Source: the human T2T-CHM13v2.0 reference genome, Homo sapiens. Taken from it: 64,000 nucleotides of DNA. Below the pieces are notes generated by a model. That model saw only the letters and a list, made by a program, of their open reading frames with translations, was not told where the DNA came from and did not search any database. Below, piece after piece: positions 25,400 through 39,775 of the stretch. A program made the position numbers and the translations under genes. Numbering within the stretch: position 1 is the first letter of the stretch; every line of letters begins with the position of its first letter. The DNA lies in NCBI RefSeq assembly GCF_009914755.1, contig NC_060929.1, one strand, 5' to 3'.

Positions 25400-25558
25400 A
25401 GTGGAACTCACCCTCATTCAGGGAGGGTGGGCAAGCGACCAGCCAGCTGGGGAAGGCCAAAGAGCCAGGTCACCTTGTGCCCGCACTTGTTATGATTTGT
25501 TTGTATTGTCTGCCTGATGATCAATGATATTAGCTATGACAGCACGTATGAGCCTGGG
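25400..25558 (+). other. Candidate additional non-coding first exon (possibly V8-like); 5' end unknown
   Basis: Strong donor GGG|gtaagt after 25558, in non-repetitive sequence 1.6 kb downstream of the V1-like exon. Confidence 0.4.
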
Positions 25559-25624
25559 GTAAGTGTGTCTTCTTGCTACTTGAAGTGCTTCTTGAAAATA
25601 GTGGCAGGCTGAAGACAACAAGGA

Positions 25625-25790
25625 ATACTGAAAAAGCCCATTGGACTGGGGACAGGAGACCTGGTGCTGCTCCCAGCTTGGCCGGCACCAGCTCCGGGGG
25701 CTTAGACACATTACTTCACCTCTCTGGGCTTAACTTACCCCATTTGTAAAATGCAACCTTTAGACTAACACTGTTCTCGGGGCCATGTTC
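25625..25790 (+). mobile_element. MIR SINE
   Basis: TTACTTCACCTCTCTGGGCTTAACTTACCCCATTTGTAAAATG is the MIR core. Confidence 0.7.
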
Positions 25791-28539
25791 AGCCTCTGGC
25801 TTCTGTCATTGTGATCCTGCCTCCCCAAGGTTCCCCTGGGCCCCATCACTACTAACCCTAGGCTTCTAGACATTCTGATTCATAGAGAAATAGGAAAGCC
25901 CATTTATCTTAAGTTAATGTCAGCCAGAAGTACAGTTGTGTCTTAAGGAATCTAATCTAGTGAACATGGAAAATAATTTTCTAAGGAAAAAAATTGTGAT
26001 TGGTGTTCTGTCCTGAACTGATGGCAAAAGGGAAGCAGAACCACTTCACACATCTCAATCTCTCTGTTTTTTCCTTTTTATCCTCTTGAATTTTTCTGCC
26101 TGTTTGTCTTTCAAAAGTAGAGAGGAGTTTGAATGGGGATGCTGAGGAGACTGAGGGTAGCCACCGATGGGGGAAGCTGGACTGTGGGAAGCCGAGTTCT
26201 GCCACCTGACAAAGGGGCACGTGTTTAGTGTTTATTTGGCATAGCAGCTGTTCAGGTGGAGCCCAGGCAGAATTTTGATGTCGTTGGGACCTTCCATACC
26301 TTTCTGAAATTCTCTTGCACCAACACCCGGCACCCTCAGGTTATGTTCTGCTGCCCAAAGCCTGAGGCTCAACTTCTAGCCCTCTCTTTTCTCTTTTACC
26401 GGAACTAACTTCTAAAAATCCAGAAATGACAAGTAGATGGTGGTCTGGATGTTCCTGAGGTGGAAAGAGAACCTCTAGTGCCTCTGGCTGACATTATATC
26501 CACTGACAGATCCCCTCCCGCACGCATACATGTCACATGTTTCTGCTCATTTATCAAATACAGCCCATGCTTTGGTGATTGAGAGCAGAGTGGGGATTAT
26601 AAGTTGATGCAGTAGGCCTGTGTCTTGCCCTTAGAAGTTTACAAACAGCAACACAGGCACCAAGAGCTCATCTGTTCCACCCACAGGGATTTATCATCTT
26701 GTGACTTGGATATTGTGGAATATTTTATAGTAAAGGTTAAAAAAAAACAATGTAGGCACAGAGGAGTTAACAGCTAAGTTGCGGTGGGGAGTCTGGAAGG
26801 CTTCATGGACGTGGTGATATTTGAACGTGACTTTGAAGGGTAGGTAGAGTCCTGATTTGTCTAACAGTAGCCTTGAAAGTAAAGGAAACTTGACCATGAA
26901 GAAGGCTGTTGAAAGTCTGGAGAAAAGAGAAGGTAGGAGACTAAGACTCTAGGAGAAGGTACTACGTTCCAGGGAGAATGCAGAGGTAGAATCCTCCCTC
27001 ATGGTGACAAGTTAAATGTGAGAAGGGATGGAGTAACCAACTGGGTGAACCCTGATCTCATTAAGCAAAATAAGAAATAGAAGAAATGAATCTGCATGCT
27101 CATAATGTAGGGATCAGAAGCAGGTAGGAAATGCTGACTTTATTTTAGACAGAGGTTATTTTAGGTACCTGTGGACATCCAGGTGTATTATTTCCCTATG
27201 TCTGAAGCACATGTCCTTTGGTTCTTTAGCATTTTGATGATGATGCTCCATGTAAACTGCCCCCTAGGATTTTCTATAAGTTTTCTTCCTCATTTGAGAG
27301 TAAAGTTTTAACTGGTAACATGATCACAAGTGGTTGAAAAGTTAAAATGTTATTCATATAGCTTTCCAATGAGGGGAGCATGAATGGTTTGGTACTGTTT
27401 TACAAGATGTGAAAACTGATTTCACTTAAGTAGACTGTAACATAAAGTTTATGTGTCTGTCCCTTTGGCTTCCTGGTAGGTGGACAGTCTCTCTGAATCA
27501 ATAGTGGCTCAGGCTTCTGATTTCAAACCTCTTTGGCCAGCCAACTGGTTTAGGAGAAACATGGCCAGGTCATTGAATTATAATTTCCTGAGTTATGTTG
27601 TGGTGGTCCCGTAGGACAGTAAACATAAGCCTCCTGGGAACTGAACTTTTAATTCAGGAGGACTGAAAACAAGCTCTTCTGAGCCAAGATTTGCAAGGAC
27701 ATGTTACAAAGATAGACTGGCCTTCCTGCTTCCACACCATTTTTTCCTCCATAAATACATGCTCCTTTTCTGTATTTTTCTTCTACCCTAGTCTGTTGTA
27801 GATTTTGACCTTGGCTGTTACTTTCCTACCAACACATTGCCTATTTTTAAGTTTCCTGGTTTGACCTGATGTTAAGATGGAAAGCAAAGCTAGCAAACTG
27901 ATGGAGATAGGGCCTTCCAGCCTTTCTAACTTTCCCTGGGATCATCTTATGTTGATTTACATGTTCAAAAAATTTTTAAAAATAAATAAATTGTATCAGT
28001 TGATCCAGAAGTGATTAGACTCTAGGGGCCTGATTTATCTTAGCCAAACTTAAGAGATGAGCCAATACACCAAAATGCCAATATATTTGTTTGTTCTCTA
28101 TGGCACTGTCAAGCAATTTCATTTCATCTGATTACTGTGTTCATTTTCCTGAAAGATAGTGAACCCAGAAAACAAGAATCAGAAGGTCATTTGACAACTG
28201 TGGAGTTGGAATAGAGGGAACTGAATGACCCTCTATTGGGTCATGAGGGAGAGCATCATCAAGCTTTGAGAAATTATTGCACCTGTCTCTGTGTTGGGAC
28301 ATTTTTTTGGTCCCAGGTAGTTGGAAGAGACAAAGCTGTAAATTATTTACTAGTTTTTCAACATTTCCTTATCACTTATCGTTAACTGATGGAACTAAGT
28401 TTTCTCTAAAGTCCCTTATGAATAAAATTGCTAGACATTGCAAAAATGCCCCTCTCAATATTGACATGCTTCAGTGGTGATTATCTTCCTGATTAATGTT
28501 TACAGTCAATCTCAAGCTCTATAATGGACTCTTAAAGGC

Positions 28540-29188
28540 TGTAGTAGTTTTCTATTGCTTCCATAACATACTACCACAAACTTAGTGGCTTAAACAATAC
28601 CCATTTATTGTCCCACAGTTCCATATGTGAGAAGTCTGGGCACACCATGGCCCAACTGGGCTCTTGCTTAGAGTTTGCAAGGCAGAAATCAGTGTTGTTA
28701 GGGCCTCTAGGGATGAATTTTCCTCCAAGCTCATTCCAGTTGTTTTCATGAACTGAGTTCCTTGTCATTGTTGGACCATGTTCCCCATTTCCTTGCTGGC
28801 TGTCAGCTGGGAGCCAGTTTTTGCTCCTAGAGGCTATCTGCATTGCATCTCATGGTTTCTGTGTGCCCCCTTCCAGCAACAAGATTCTATGTACCCCCTT
28901 CCAGCAACAATATTCTATGTACCCTCTTCCAGCAACAGAAGATCAAGTCCTTTTCAAGTTTCTAGTCTCTCTGACTTCCCCTTCTGCCATATCTCATTCT
29001 GCTTTTACAGGCTCAGGTGATTACATCGGTTTGTGCAGATAATCCAAGATAATCTCCCTGTTTTAAAGCCAGTGGGTTAGCCATCTTAATTACATCTGCA
29101 AAATTCCTTCACAGCAGTACCTAGATTAGTGTTTGAATAACCCAGGATGGTAATCTTGCGGGGGATCTTTTAGCATTCCATCTACCCA
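28540..29188 (-). mobile_element. MLT1-family (ERVL-MaLR) solo LTR
   Basis: Start TGTAGTAGTTTTCTATTGCTTCCATAACATACTACCACAAACTTAGTGGCTTAAAC, with CTTAATTACATCTGCAAAATTCCTT near the other end. Confidence 0.75.
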
Positions 29189-30059
29189 GTCTCATCAGCA
29201 ACACTTTGAAATATTGTCGTTGAGTGATCATTTCTGTGGCTGGCTGATTTCATCTATACAAGTGTATTCTTTTTATTTGCCATTTTATAGGATAATATTT
29301 TCTGATCTTAATTCCATATTTCAGTATTAAAATTACTTGACATAGATCCATAAATCATCATCTGTTGCAAAAAAGCACATTAATTGATTGGTTGAATGGG
29401 GAGATTGAGATATTTCTTTTCTCTTCTTCTGCTCAGGTGGGGGCAACTTTTGGGGGCAGATGAGTTCTGTTGCCACAAAAGTTATATAGCACATTTGGTT
29501 TGCACTGAATCAGCGATTCTCAATCCTGGCCATGCTTTAGAATTATACAAGAAAAATCTTCAAGTATCAATACTCAGTCCCTATCCTACTGATCCAATTC
29601 ATCTATGATAAAGCCAGAGCATTGATTTTTAAGTTCTGCAAGTGATTCTAATATACAGCCAAGGCTAAGAACTACTGATATGTTCCAAACACTCTATTTT
29701 GGAGATAAAGAAGTTGAGGCTGAGGATGAGAACTTAGTCACATAAAGTTCCATAACTAGTAACAGACAGAAGTTCTGTCCTACAAAAAAAAAAAAATTTG
29801 ATGCTTTAATTGTATGTAGAGTTCAGTGCTCAGTAATTATGTACAAAGTGAGTGTTGAGACGATCTGGAACACCCTACTTCTTGCTTTAGTAGGAAGACT
29901 ATTTCTTTCTACTACTTTAAAAAATTATCAGATCTTGCAAAATAACTGTATGAAGGTCTCTTCTCAGCAGCTTTGGCCTGCCTTGTGAGTAATAATAAAC
30001 ACAGATCTATTCTACACTAGCTAGGGAGCTGGCCGCTTGGACTTCTACTACCTCTCTGT

Positions 30060-30385
30060 GTTCCAGAGCTTCATGGTACAATGCAGTAGCCACTAGCCAC
30101 ATGTAGCTATTAAACACTTGAAATGGAACTAGTTTCAACTGAGATGTATGTGAGTGTAAAAGGCATACTAGAATCAAAGATTCAGTATGAGAAAAAAGGT
30201 GCAAAATATCTCATTAATACTTACATTGATTACATGATGAAATAATATTTGAATATATTGAGTTAAATAAGATACATTATTAAAATTAATATATCAATTT
30301 TTAACTTTTTTAATGCAGTTGCTAGAGAATTTACAACTATGTATGTGGTTGGCATTTGTGGCTCACATTATATTTCTGTTAGCAC
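30060..30385. mobile_element. MER33/MER3-like hAT-Charlie element
   Basis: GTAGCCACTAGCCACATGTAGCTATTAAACACTTGAAATG ... TGTGGCTCACATTATATTTCT. Confidence 0.7.
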
Positions 30386-30959
30386 TTTTCTAGGGAGTAT
30401 TTTCTATTAAAGCTATTAACAATGAATGGTCCAAGTCCAAGCTATTACACCTCCTTTGATCCTGAAGAGTGAAGGGGTACACTGTAAACTTCCTGGAGAT
30501 GAGACATGATATTGATCTGCCCTGTGTTTGCCATCTATCTGGCAGCCAGTCAGTCTGGCCAAATAGACTTCTATTTTTACATAGAAGCTTAAAGGAGGCA
30601 GGATAATGCCCCATGTCATGGAGAGAGCACACTGCATAGCTCTTGAGTAATGTACCCAAAAGTAGACCAGGTGCTATTGGAGGTTCTAAGGCATAGCGAT
30701 AAATATTACATCCCTTGAGCAATGTAATACAGCCCTTGAAGAAACTGCCATGTCAGCACTTATGAATTATCACTGTCTTTGACAGGCCCTATGCACTGAA
30801 AATATTATGGTGTCTACCTCTCTTTATAATTCACATCCAAATATTACTCTGTCTTTTTCTTGCTCCCTGTAGTTTGTTCTGATTCACTGCTACCCTGATT
30901 GTGTGTTTAGTTTGCCTAGTTCACAATTGAAGAAGCATGGGAAAGTAAAGGCAGGCCTT

Positions 30960-31140
30960 GGAAAGATCAAGCACAGTTCGAAACCCTACCCAGAATTATT
31001 CTGTCTGTGTGAGCTTGGGAGATTTACTTAACCTCTCTGAGCTCCTCTAAACTTCCATTTTCTCATTTGTGAAATGAGCCTTTCTCTTGCAAGGTCTGTC
31101 TGAGGGTTGAATGAAATAAGAAGGTACCTGGCACACTTAT
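30960..31140 (+). mobile_element. MIR SINE
   Basis: TGTGTGAGCTTGGGAGATTTACTTAACCTCTCTGAGC...CTCATTTGTGAAATG. Confidence 0.7.
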
Positions 31141-33933
31141 TTTTTGGGTAGATGTTGTAGTGAACATCTACTCTGTGGCAAGCCTATGGCTAATTGTTAG
31201 GATGTAATCGTGAGTGAGACACAGCTACTGCTTCCAGCTAAGAGAAGAGAAAGACAAGGAGCCTGGTAACATCGGGACATGAATAGCCGTCAATGAAAGG
31301 CAGCTATTATTACACTGCACAGTGCAGGATTTGGCTTATAACAAAATTTTAGAAGGGTGTTCAGGTGAGGGAATTGAGACCCATAGTGATTAAATGACTA
31401 CCTGAGTCACCAGCTCGGACAATGCTGGGCTGATGTCAGGTTACGGGATTGCTGACTCCTCCTCTAGTAATGCCTTTCCTGGGAGATCACATTGCCTCAC
31501 TCTTGGTTTCCCAACTTGTTTACCTTCAAAGAATAACTTTACCATGTTGGACTCGATAAAAGGAAAGAGGGGTTTCCTCCAATTTTTGCTCCATTTGTTA
31601 TTAGGGCATGCTAGTAACTAACTGTCTTTGAAAACCTACGCTTCTGTTAACTCCAAAGAAGGCAGGAATACATGCACTTCTTTAAGATATAAAAAGTATT
31701 TAGTATACTATAAATTATTATAGTAATCATTGTTAGATTATATCTCACCAAGATAATGAATGTTTTTGTTTGAAGACTTCACTGTATGAGAAATTGTCTC
31801 CTATACCTTATTTATCTCCTTTTAGATTAGGTAAAACAAAATTTTCAAATTTGAGTCTGAAGAAAATTCCAACATCTTTAAATTTGTTTAAGGAACATTT
31901 TCCATGATCTATATGATCTATCATAGTAATTTAAAAAATCAGATTTTAGAATGAGCCACGTGTAGAAAGAGAAAAAAAGTAGAAAGTCAATAAGAGGTTT
32001 CATTTTTCAAATTTTGTTTTGGAAAAAACTACTTGGTAGGGACAATGGTGTAAAGTAAGATATAAGAAGGAATATACTGTTCAAATAAGCGGCCATGCAA
32101 TTGATTTTCTCTTTCATGTAACAATCACATCTGCATTGTGAATCCGTTAGTGCACCAAGTGAATCAAGCTTAGTGAGTTGACAAACATCCACAGGGATAG
32201 TTGTGGGGAGGCATTATAAAGTGCAATGTGGTCCTAGTGAAACAGAATGCTTCGTTCTTTGAGAAAGTTCCACTCTGAATAGAATAACGGTGCATACCAA
32301 TATCGGAGTATGGCCAAGCATTTGGCTACTGACGTGCCCCTTCTTCTTTCACTCCTCCATAAAGGAAGAGACAGAGACTCAGGTTCTTGTAACTCAGTTG
32401 CCTTTTTTGAGTTCTCCCAAGAAAAGTTCTAACTTCAAGCCAAGCGTCTTGTCACTGGGATTTCTGTATCTAATTTTTAGTTCTAGAAATCCATGATTTC
32501 ACAAAACAAATTATCCAAACCTAACGACAACCACATAGAACTTTCTTAAAGTAGACGAGGGAGGAATTAGCCCCTAAAGTATTTCCTGCACAACTGGAAC
32601 TCACTATAGAAGATGTACAATTGCCTGTACACCCAAGCACAAATAGGCTGTATTATTGCCTTATCCTAGGAGATATACACTTTACATTATGATGGTCCTT
32701 CCCTTTCCTGGACCTTCATATGATGTAAGTGCTTGATTTAGGAATAGGGTCTTACATATTGTGGCTGGCGAAGAGCACATTTGCTGATTGCTCTACCACA
32801 TGCCTAGATGTCCTCTTCATGATATATAAATGAGGGTCCCTACTCTCAATATACCCCATAGGAACATAATAAAACATAAATAGTCTATTTGTTACTACTA
32901 CCAAGAAGACTTCAGTAAGTGTAATAACTAACCCTTTTGGATACATGCAGAGGGAATGCCAAATGCTTTAAATAAATTATCTCATCTAATCCTGATTTTT
33001 TTATTAAAAAGGGAAAATCTTATCATATGAATATTAGAGATGAGTAAACTGAGGTTTGGTAGAGCTGGGATTTGAACCTAGCCCTCTGTGACTCCAAAGC
33101 ACATTCACTTAACCCCAAGCCCACCCTCTCTGTAAATGAAGATTAATGATAGCATCTGTGGTAGAAGCTAATGTCTCCTGACCTGGGAAAATATCTTTCA
33201 ATGATTATTAACTAAATGTGATCAGCTGCCAGTGTATCAGATGTCATCAAATAAAATCGAGTGTCCAGGGTTTACTCAACAGTACTGTCTCTTACATTTT
33301 TTATCAATGTTAGTAGATTGCTTAATCTTTGTACCTGTTACCTCACATGAAGCCTAGATAGCATCAGTCCCTTCCCCAGCCAGTTTGTGCTGGGTTCAGC
33401 TTCTGGCTTGTGAATCCAGTCAGTGAATTAATGTTGGTAGCTTAAAAACAGCCCTGAGAGAGGTATTTACATCACAGAAATTGGCAAATGATACAAATCA
33501 TGACCCTTTTTTTAAATTCCAGGGAGACAGGTGTTAAACATTTACCAGTACACCACTGTCTATGATTCAAATCGGGACATAATAATTGTATTTCTGAAGG
33601 TAAACAAATGCACACTGAGTACCCTTGGAAAAAAGCAACCTTCCACAGATACAATCACACCTAAGTCACCTAAGTCTTTAGTGAATTTTTTGTCCCCATC
33701 ATTCTGCATTTGGGAGGACCTTTTACAACATAACCATAATGATTTTATATGTCATTTGAAATTTTAAAAAATTACTTTATTTGTTCATTTTTGTTATGAA
33801 AGCAAATATGCCCATAGTAAGCATTTAATGTTTTTGAATGTAAGTGCAGACATATAAACCATAAAATGTATATACGAATGCTACCAGTAGAAATAAAATG
33901 CAAGCCACATATGTAATTTAAAATTTTCAACTA

Positions 33934-34265
33934 TAGTCATGCACCACGTAATGACTTTTCAATGATGGACTGGTCCCATAAAATTATAAAATCATGTTTT
34001 TATGACATCTTTTCTATGTTTAGATATGTCTAGATACATAAATACTTAATATTGTGGTAAAATTGCTTATACTATTCAATAGAGCAGTAACCTGCTGCAC
34101 AGGTCTGTAGCCCAGAGCAATAGGCTATCCCATATAGCCTAGGTGTGTAGTAGGCTATACCATCTAGGTTTGTGTAAATACACTCTGTGGTGTTCACAGA
34201 ACCATGGAATTGCCTAATGATGCATTTTTCAGAATGTATTCCTGTCATTAAGTGATGCATGACTG
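33934..34265. mobile_element. Tigger3a/MER7-like non-autonomous element nested in a MER3/MER33-like element (about 33885-34660)
   Basis: TIRs (T)AGTCATGCA...TGCATGACTG with TA on both sides. The flanks carry GCAAGCCACATATGTAATTTAAAATTTTC and GTGCTCAATAGCCACATGTG. Confidence 0.75.
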
Positions 34266-34700
34266 TAATCACATTTAAAAAATAAGAAATATTTGTTTTA
34301 ATAATGGATTTTATTTAATTCAGCAGTTAAAAATATGATTTCAACTTGTAGTCAACGTGAACATTATCAAGATATTTTGCATCTTTTCTTCTTGTACTAA
34401 GCTTTCAATTCTGTGTATATTTTATACTTATAGCACATATGAATTTAGATGCTAAATTTTAATCATAAATACTTGATCTGCATTTACATTTCATAAAATG
34501 TAAAGCTTAAAAAGTGGGTTCATATATCCAATCTGTTATAGACTTACATATTTAATTAAATTAAATTTAAATTGTCATTGAATTCCTCAATTGCATTAGC
34601 CACATTTTAAGTGCTCAATAGCCACATGTGACTTATTGTAACATAATTGGTCATTGCAGGTACATACCATATATCCTTATTTTATAAAATTGGAAACCTA

Positions 34701-35035
34701 GGCTGGATGTGGTGGCTTATGGCTATAATCCCAGCACTTTGGGAGGCCGAGACGGAAGGATCAGGTGAGGCCAGGAATTAGAGACCAGCCTGGGCAACAC
34801 ACCAAGACCTTGTGTATAAAATAAACAAATAAATAAAAATAGCTAGGTGTGTTGGCACATGCCTATGGTACAAGCTATTTGGGAGGCTGACGAAGGAGGA
34901 TCCCTTGAGCCAAAGAGTTGGAGACTGCAGTGAGCTATGATTATGCCACTGCACTCCCAACCTGGGTGGCAGAGTGAGACCCATGTCTCTTCAAAAAGTA
35001 AAAATACAAATAATATAACAAATAAATAAATAAAA
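34701..35035 (+). mobile_element. AluJ SINE
   Basis: Diverged dimer with the J-type GGAGGATCCCTTGAGCC and an A-rich tail. Confidence 0.88.
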
Positions 35036-35609
35036 TTGGAGGCCTACTATATATACAACTCCCAAAAGTCTTTTCCCCCCTCACACGTTACACATTTAAA
35101 ATTCCCATCCTGCATTCCCTGCTGGATCTCCAAGAGGAGAGAAATCTCAGCAAAAGTAGTTATATCAAAACTGTCTGTGAGCTTTTTCTTCCTCACTCAT
35201 AGGAAGGAAATAAATTCACATAAGGCATTTTGGATCTGACCATTTTCCAAATTATCATCACCATAAAAAGTTGGTAACAACATGAACTCTGAAAGCAAGC
35301 TGTTTCAATGCATGCCTGGTGCTAATGAAAACCAGCAGTTTTAAATGCCCTTTTGGGTTAGCTTCTTCCTTTTTCTGTGCTGTATTATTAGAAAAGCTTC
35401 ACCAAGGAGATCAACTAGATATAATTTCACAATATTTCTTAGTAATCAATGTTGGCATTTACTCTTCCCATATATTAATTTATTAACATCATGCTTCTAA
35501 GGATGCTTTAATCACTTTTTTAAAAAAAATACTTGATACAAATTAGAGGGTGTTAGTTATTTTAGGTGGTGATTTGTTTTGTTTCTGCAAAATTACAAAC
35601 CAGATATGA

Positions 35610-35933
<324 letters not shown>

Positions 35934-38006
35934 AATACACTTTTAATATAATTTTTGATAAAGGTGTTATGGAGACTTGTCACCAAATAGTCTAGTCTTC
36001 ACATTAAATTCACATGATACTCCTCATCTCTATTTAGCTCTCTCTCACCTCCAGTAATGACCTCCCTTGTCTCTCAGTCTTTGGTCTCTTACCTTCAGCT
36101 TCCCACTAGCCGTTTCTCACATTTCCAAAAGTCTTGTAATTGCCTTAAAACACCAAGTATCCAAAGCAGTCCTATGACCTTCTCCTCCTGCTAACCAACT
36201 CAGATCCCCAAATCCTGATTTCTTTCACTAGCACTATCTCTCATCCACACATACTCAGTTATTTGTGATAGACATGTCTCTATCATCTCTCATATCCAAT
36301 CATCACCAAATCTTATCAATACTTCTCAGTGATATTAAGTTAAGAAGTCATGAAGGGCGGCTGTACCCTAAGGAAAACCCACTTTTGCACAAATCTGAGT
36401 TTCTGATCAATCTGAGTTCAGAATGCTGTTTTAATCTGGTCCTACCTCGCCAATCTAATTTTAGGCCCTTTTATTCGTGAATTTGAACCTTGTTCTCTAT
36501 TCACCAGCTTCCTCAGAATATTGTCCAAAACATACTCAGAATTCATACTCATATCCAGAACATTTGCTCTGAGCTTTTACCATACAAGTTCACCACAGTT
36601 TCTCTCCCTTTTCCATATCCACCAAAGCCTTATCTGTCATTTAGTTTTAATTTTAAGCCCTTCAGTTTGATAGCTGATTTTTCCCTAGTCTGACCTTCTA
36701 TTTTCGGGTATGCTCCTTCTTTTCACAGTTTCATGTGTTTGTACTGCCTTATTCTTGAAGAACCATTATTTTGATTGCTTTTGCATTAATCTCCATAGTG
36801 CCTTGCTCAGTGTTAGCAGGAACTAGTAGTTTAACAAATACTTGCTAATTCTAAATTAAAGAGCATGAAACATATTGTTTTCTTTGCCTGGAGTTGGTTA
36901 TAGCATGCTGGAAAAAGTATTATATCTAACCTTCATCTTTTCTCATGTGTTTATGAACTGTTTTATAGCCAAAGAATAAGTTAGTATATCATGGGCCTAA
37001 TTATGTAATTTGGAGGCCTCCTCTGCTGGGCAGTCTACAGATTTAAAATTCATGCCAGCTGCATTACGCTGGTTTTGAACTTGCTTTTTCTTGAGAAAGA
37101 TGGGGAGCAGACAAAATGCCTCAGGCTTTGAGGGTAGAAATGGTGTGAGTTCCATTATGCAAGAATAGAACCCCATTTTTTAATCCCTCCTGCTGAAAAT
37201 CTTGCCATGAGGCTATAGCCAAAGAATGTGTAAATATCAAAAGAAATTTAGAGAGGGATTTTCCCTAGGAAAATATTGCAAGCTTAAAAAACCCAGTGGG
37301 CTAAGGTCCAATTTAGTAGATTCCTCCGAACAATGCCATCCTCTACTTAGATTGTTACAGAACTTCTTATGACAGCATTTGAGTAGACTCCTGTACCTCT
37401 GGGTTAAAAGGTACATGTAATAAGTTTAGGTACCTGGGCAAAAAGGGCTTGGCAGAGGGGAATAGAGGGACTTTCTTATTCTCACATCTAGTATATCATT
37501 ACATTGTAATGTTAGATAACATTAAAGTTCCAAACTTCGTGTGTCCGCACTCTGACGTTTCCTAGGGACATTTTGTCTCAGCTAGAATCTAATAGAGAAG
37601 GATTCCCTCATCTAGAAGCTTCCATATGGGGCTCTGTGAAGATGATGTGGACAGTGTACAATCCAATTGAATGTCACGTCTCGTGGCCTGGCTCATGTGA
37701 GGGCACTAGAGAGAGTTCTCCAGAGGAGTGCAGATGGGGCTACTTTTGGAATCATTCCCACTGAGCCAACATCAGTGGAAGAGAAGGGGAGGAGTTAGAT
37801 TCTAATAAAGCCCTTATCTTCTGCTGAATCCATCCACATTTTTTTATCCTCCTCCTGGCCCCTGCACTTAGTTAGAGTCGGGTCCCTATGCAGTGTTCCA
37901 GGCGGCAGTGAACTGCATTCACCTCCTGTTTGGGAGCATGGCAATTTTAAATACTTTTTTCTGCTGTAAGAGTATGCAAACAGATTTCTGGTTAATTTTG
38001 TGTTGA

Positions 38007-38390
<384 letters not shown>

Positions 38391-38764
38391 TAGTTCTTTA
38401 TTTGGAAGAAGTGAAGTTCATTTGCAGGCAGCTGCTTTCAAAAGTTTGGGGATTGGAGGAAGGTCATCTTCTATTCAACTGAAGCAAATGCCACTTGTTT
38501 GTGGCATCTGCCAGGCATCCTTGAGATGTCTGAAGAGGTGACTTCCAAACCAGAGGATGCAGCCTTCCGAGAAATGCAAACCTGTTCACATTCTTGCTCA
38601 GATGGGAAGCAGAAAAGGCTGCGTGGGAATTGGGGATTTACTGTTATACTCTGGCATTGGAATAGCAGGTGCTACTGGAAACTTCTTTACCTGACACTAA
38701 GTGTCTTGGGAGATAACAAGTAAAATTAACACAGCATCCAGTTCTTCAGTGCTTTCTCCACTTA

Positions 38765-39289
<525 letters not shown>

Positions 39290-39526
39290 TTACCAACAGG
39301 ATGGCATTTTTAGCCTATAACTTTTTTTCAGCCTTTTAATATATTTCTGCTGGAGGTTTCCAGCTTTGATTACATAGCCTGTTCACCTAGGAGTAAAGGA
39401 CATTGGGAGGGAGAGATGCTCAGTGGTTCTCATTTGCAAAGTAGACGAGGATGATGAAAGGCCATCAGCTCAAGGCCTTCCAGGTTAGGAATTAAAAACA
39501 TGAATGTTGTAAAAACCACAACTCAT

Positions 39527-39775
39527 ATTTATTTGAAATCTCACAAAGTGTGAGATTTATTTGAAATCTCACAAAGTGTGAGATTTATTTGAAATCTCAC
39601 AAAGTGTGAGATTTATTTGAAATCTCACAATGTGTGAGATTTATTTGAAATCTCACAAAGTGTGAGATTTATTTGAAATCTCACAATGTGTGAGATTTAT
39701 TTGAAATCTCACAAAGTGTGTTCATCTGCATGTTTCTCACGTGAAATCTCACAAAGTGTGTTCATCTGCATGTTT
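39527..39775. repeat. 28-bp palindromic minisatellite (about 6.9 copies) plus a 34-bp duplication
   Basis: Unit ATTTATTTGAAATCTCACAA(A/T)GTGTGAG at 39527-39720. TGAAATCTCACAAAGTGTGTTCATCTGCATGTTT occurs at 39702 and 39742. Confidence 0.95.

Noticed and set aside
39527-39720. CRISPR-like appearance of 28-bp palindromic repeats
   Set aside because: The units are directly adjacent with no unique spacers, there are no cas genes, and the context is a human intron.
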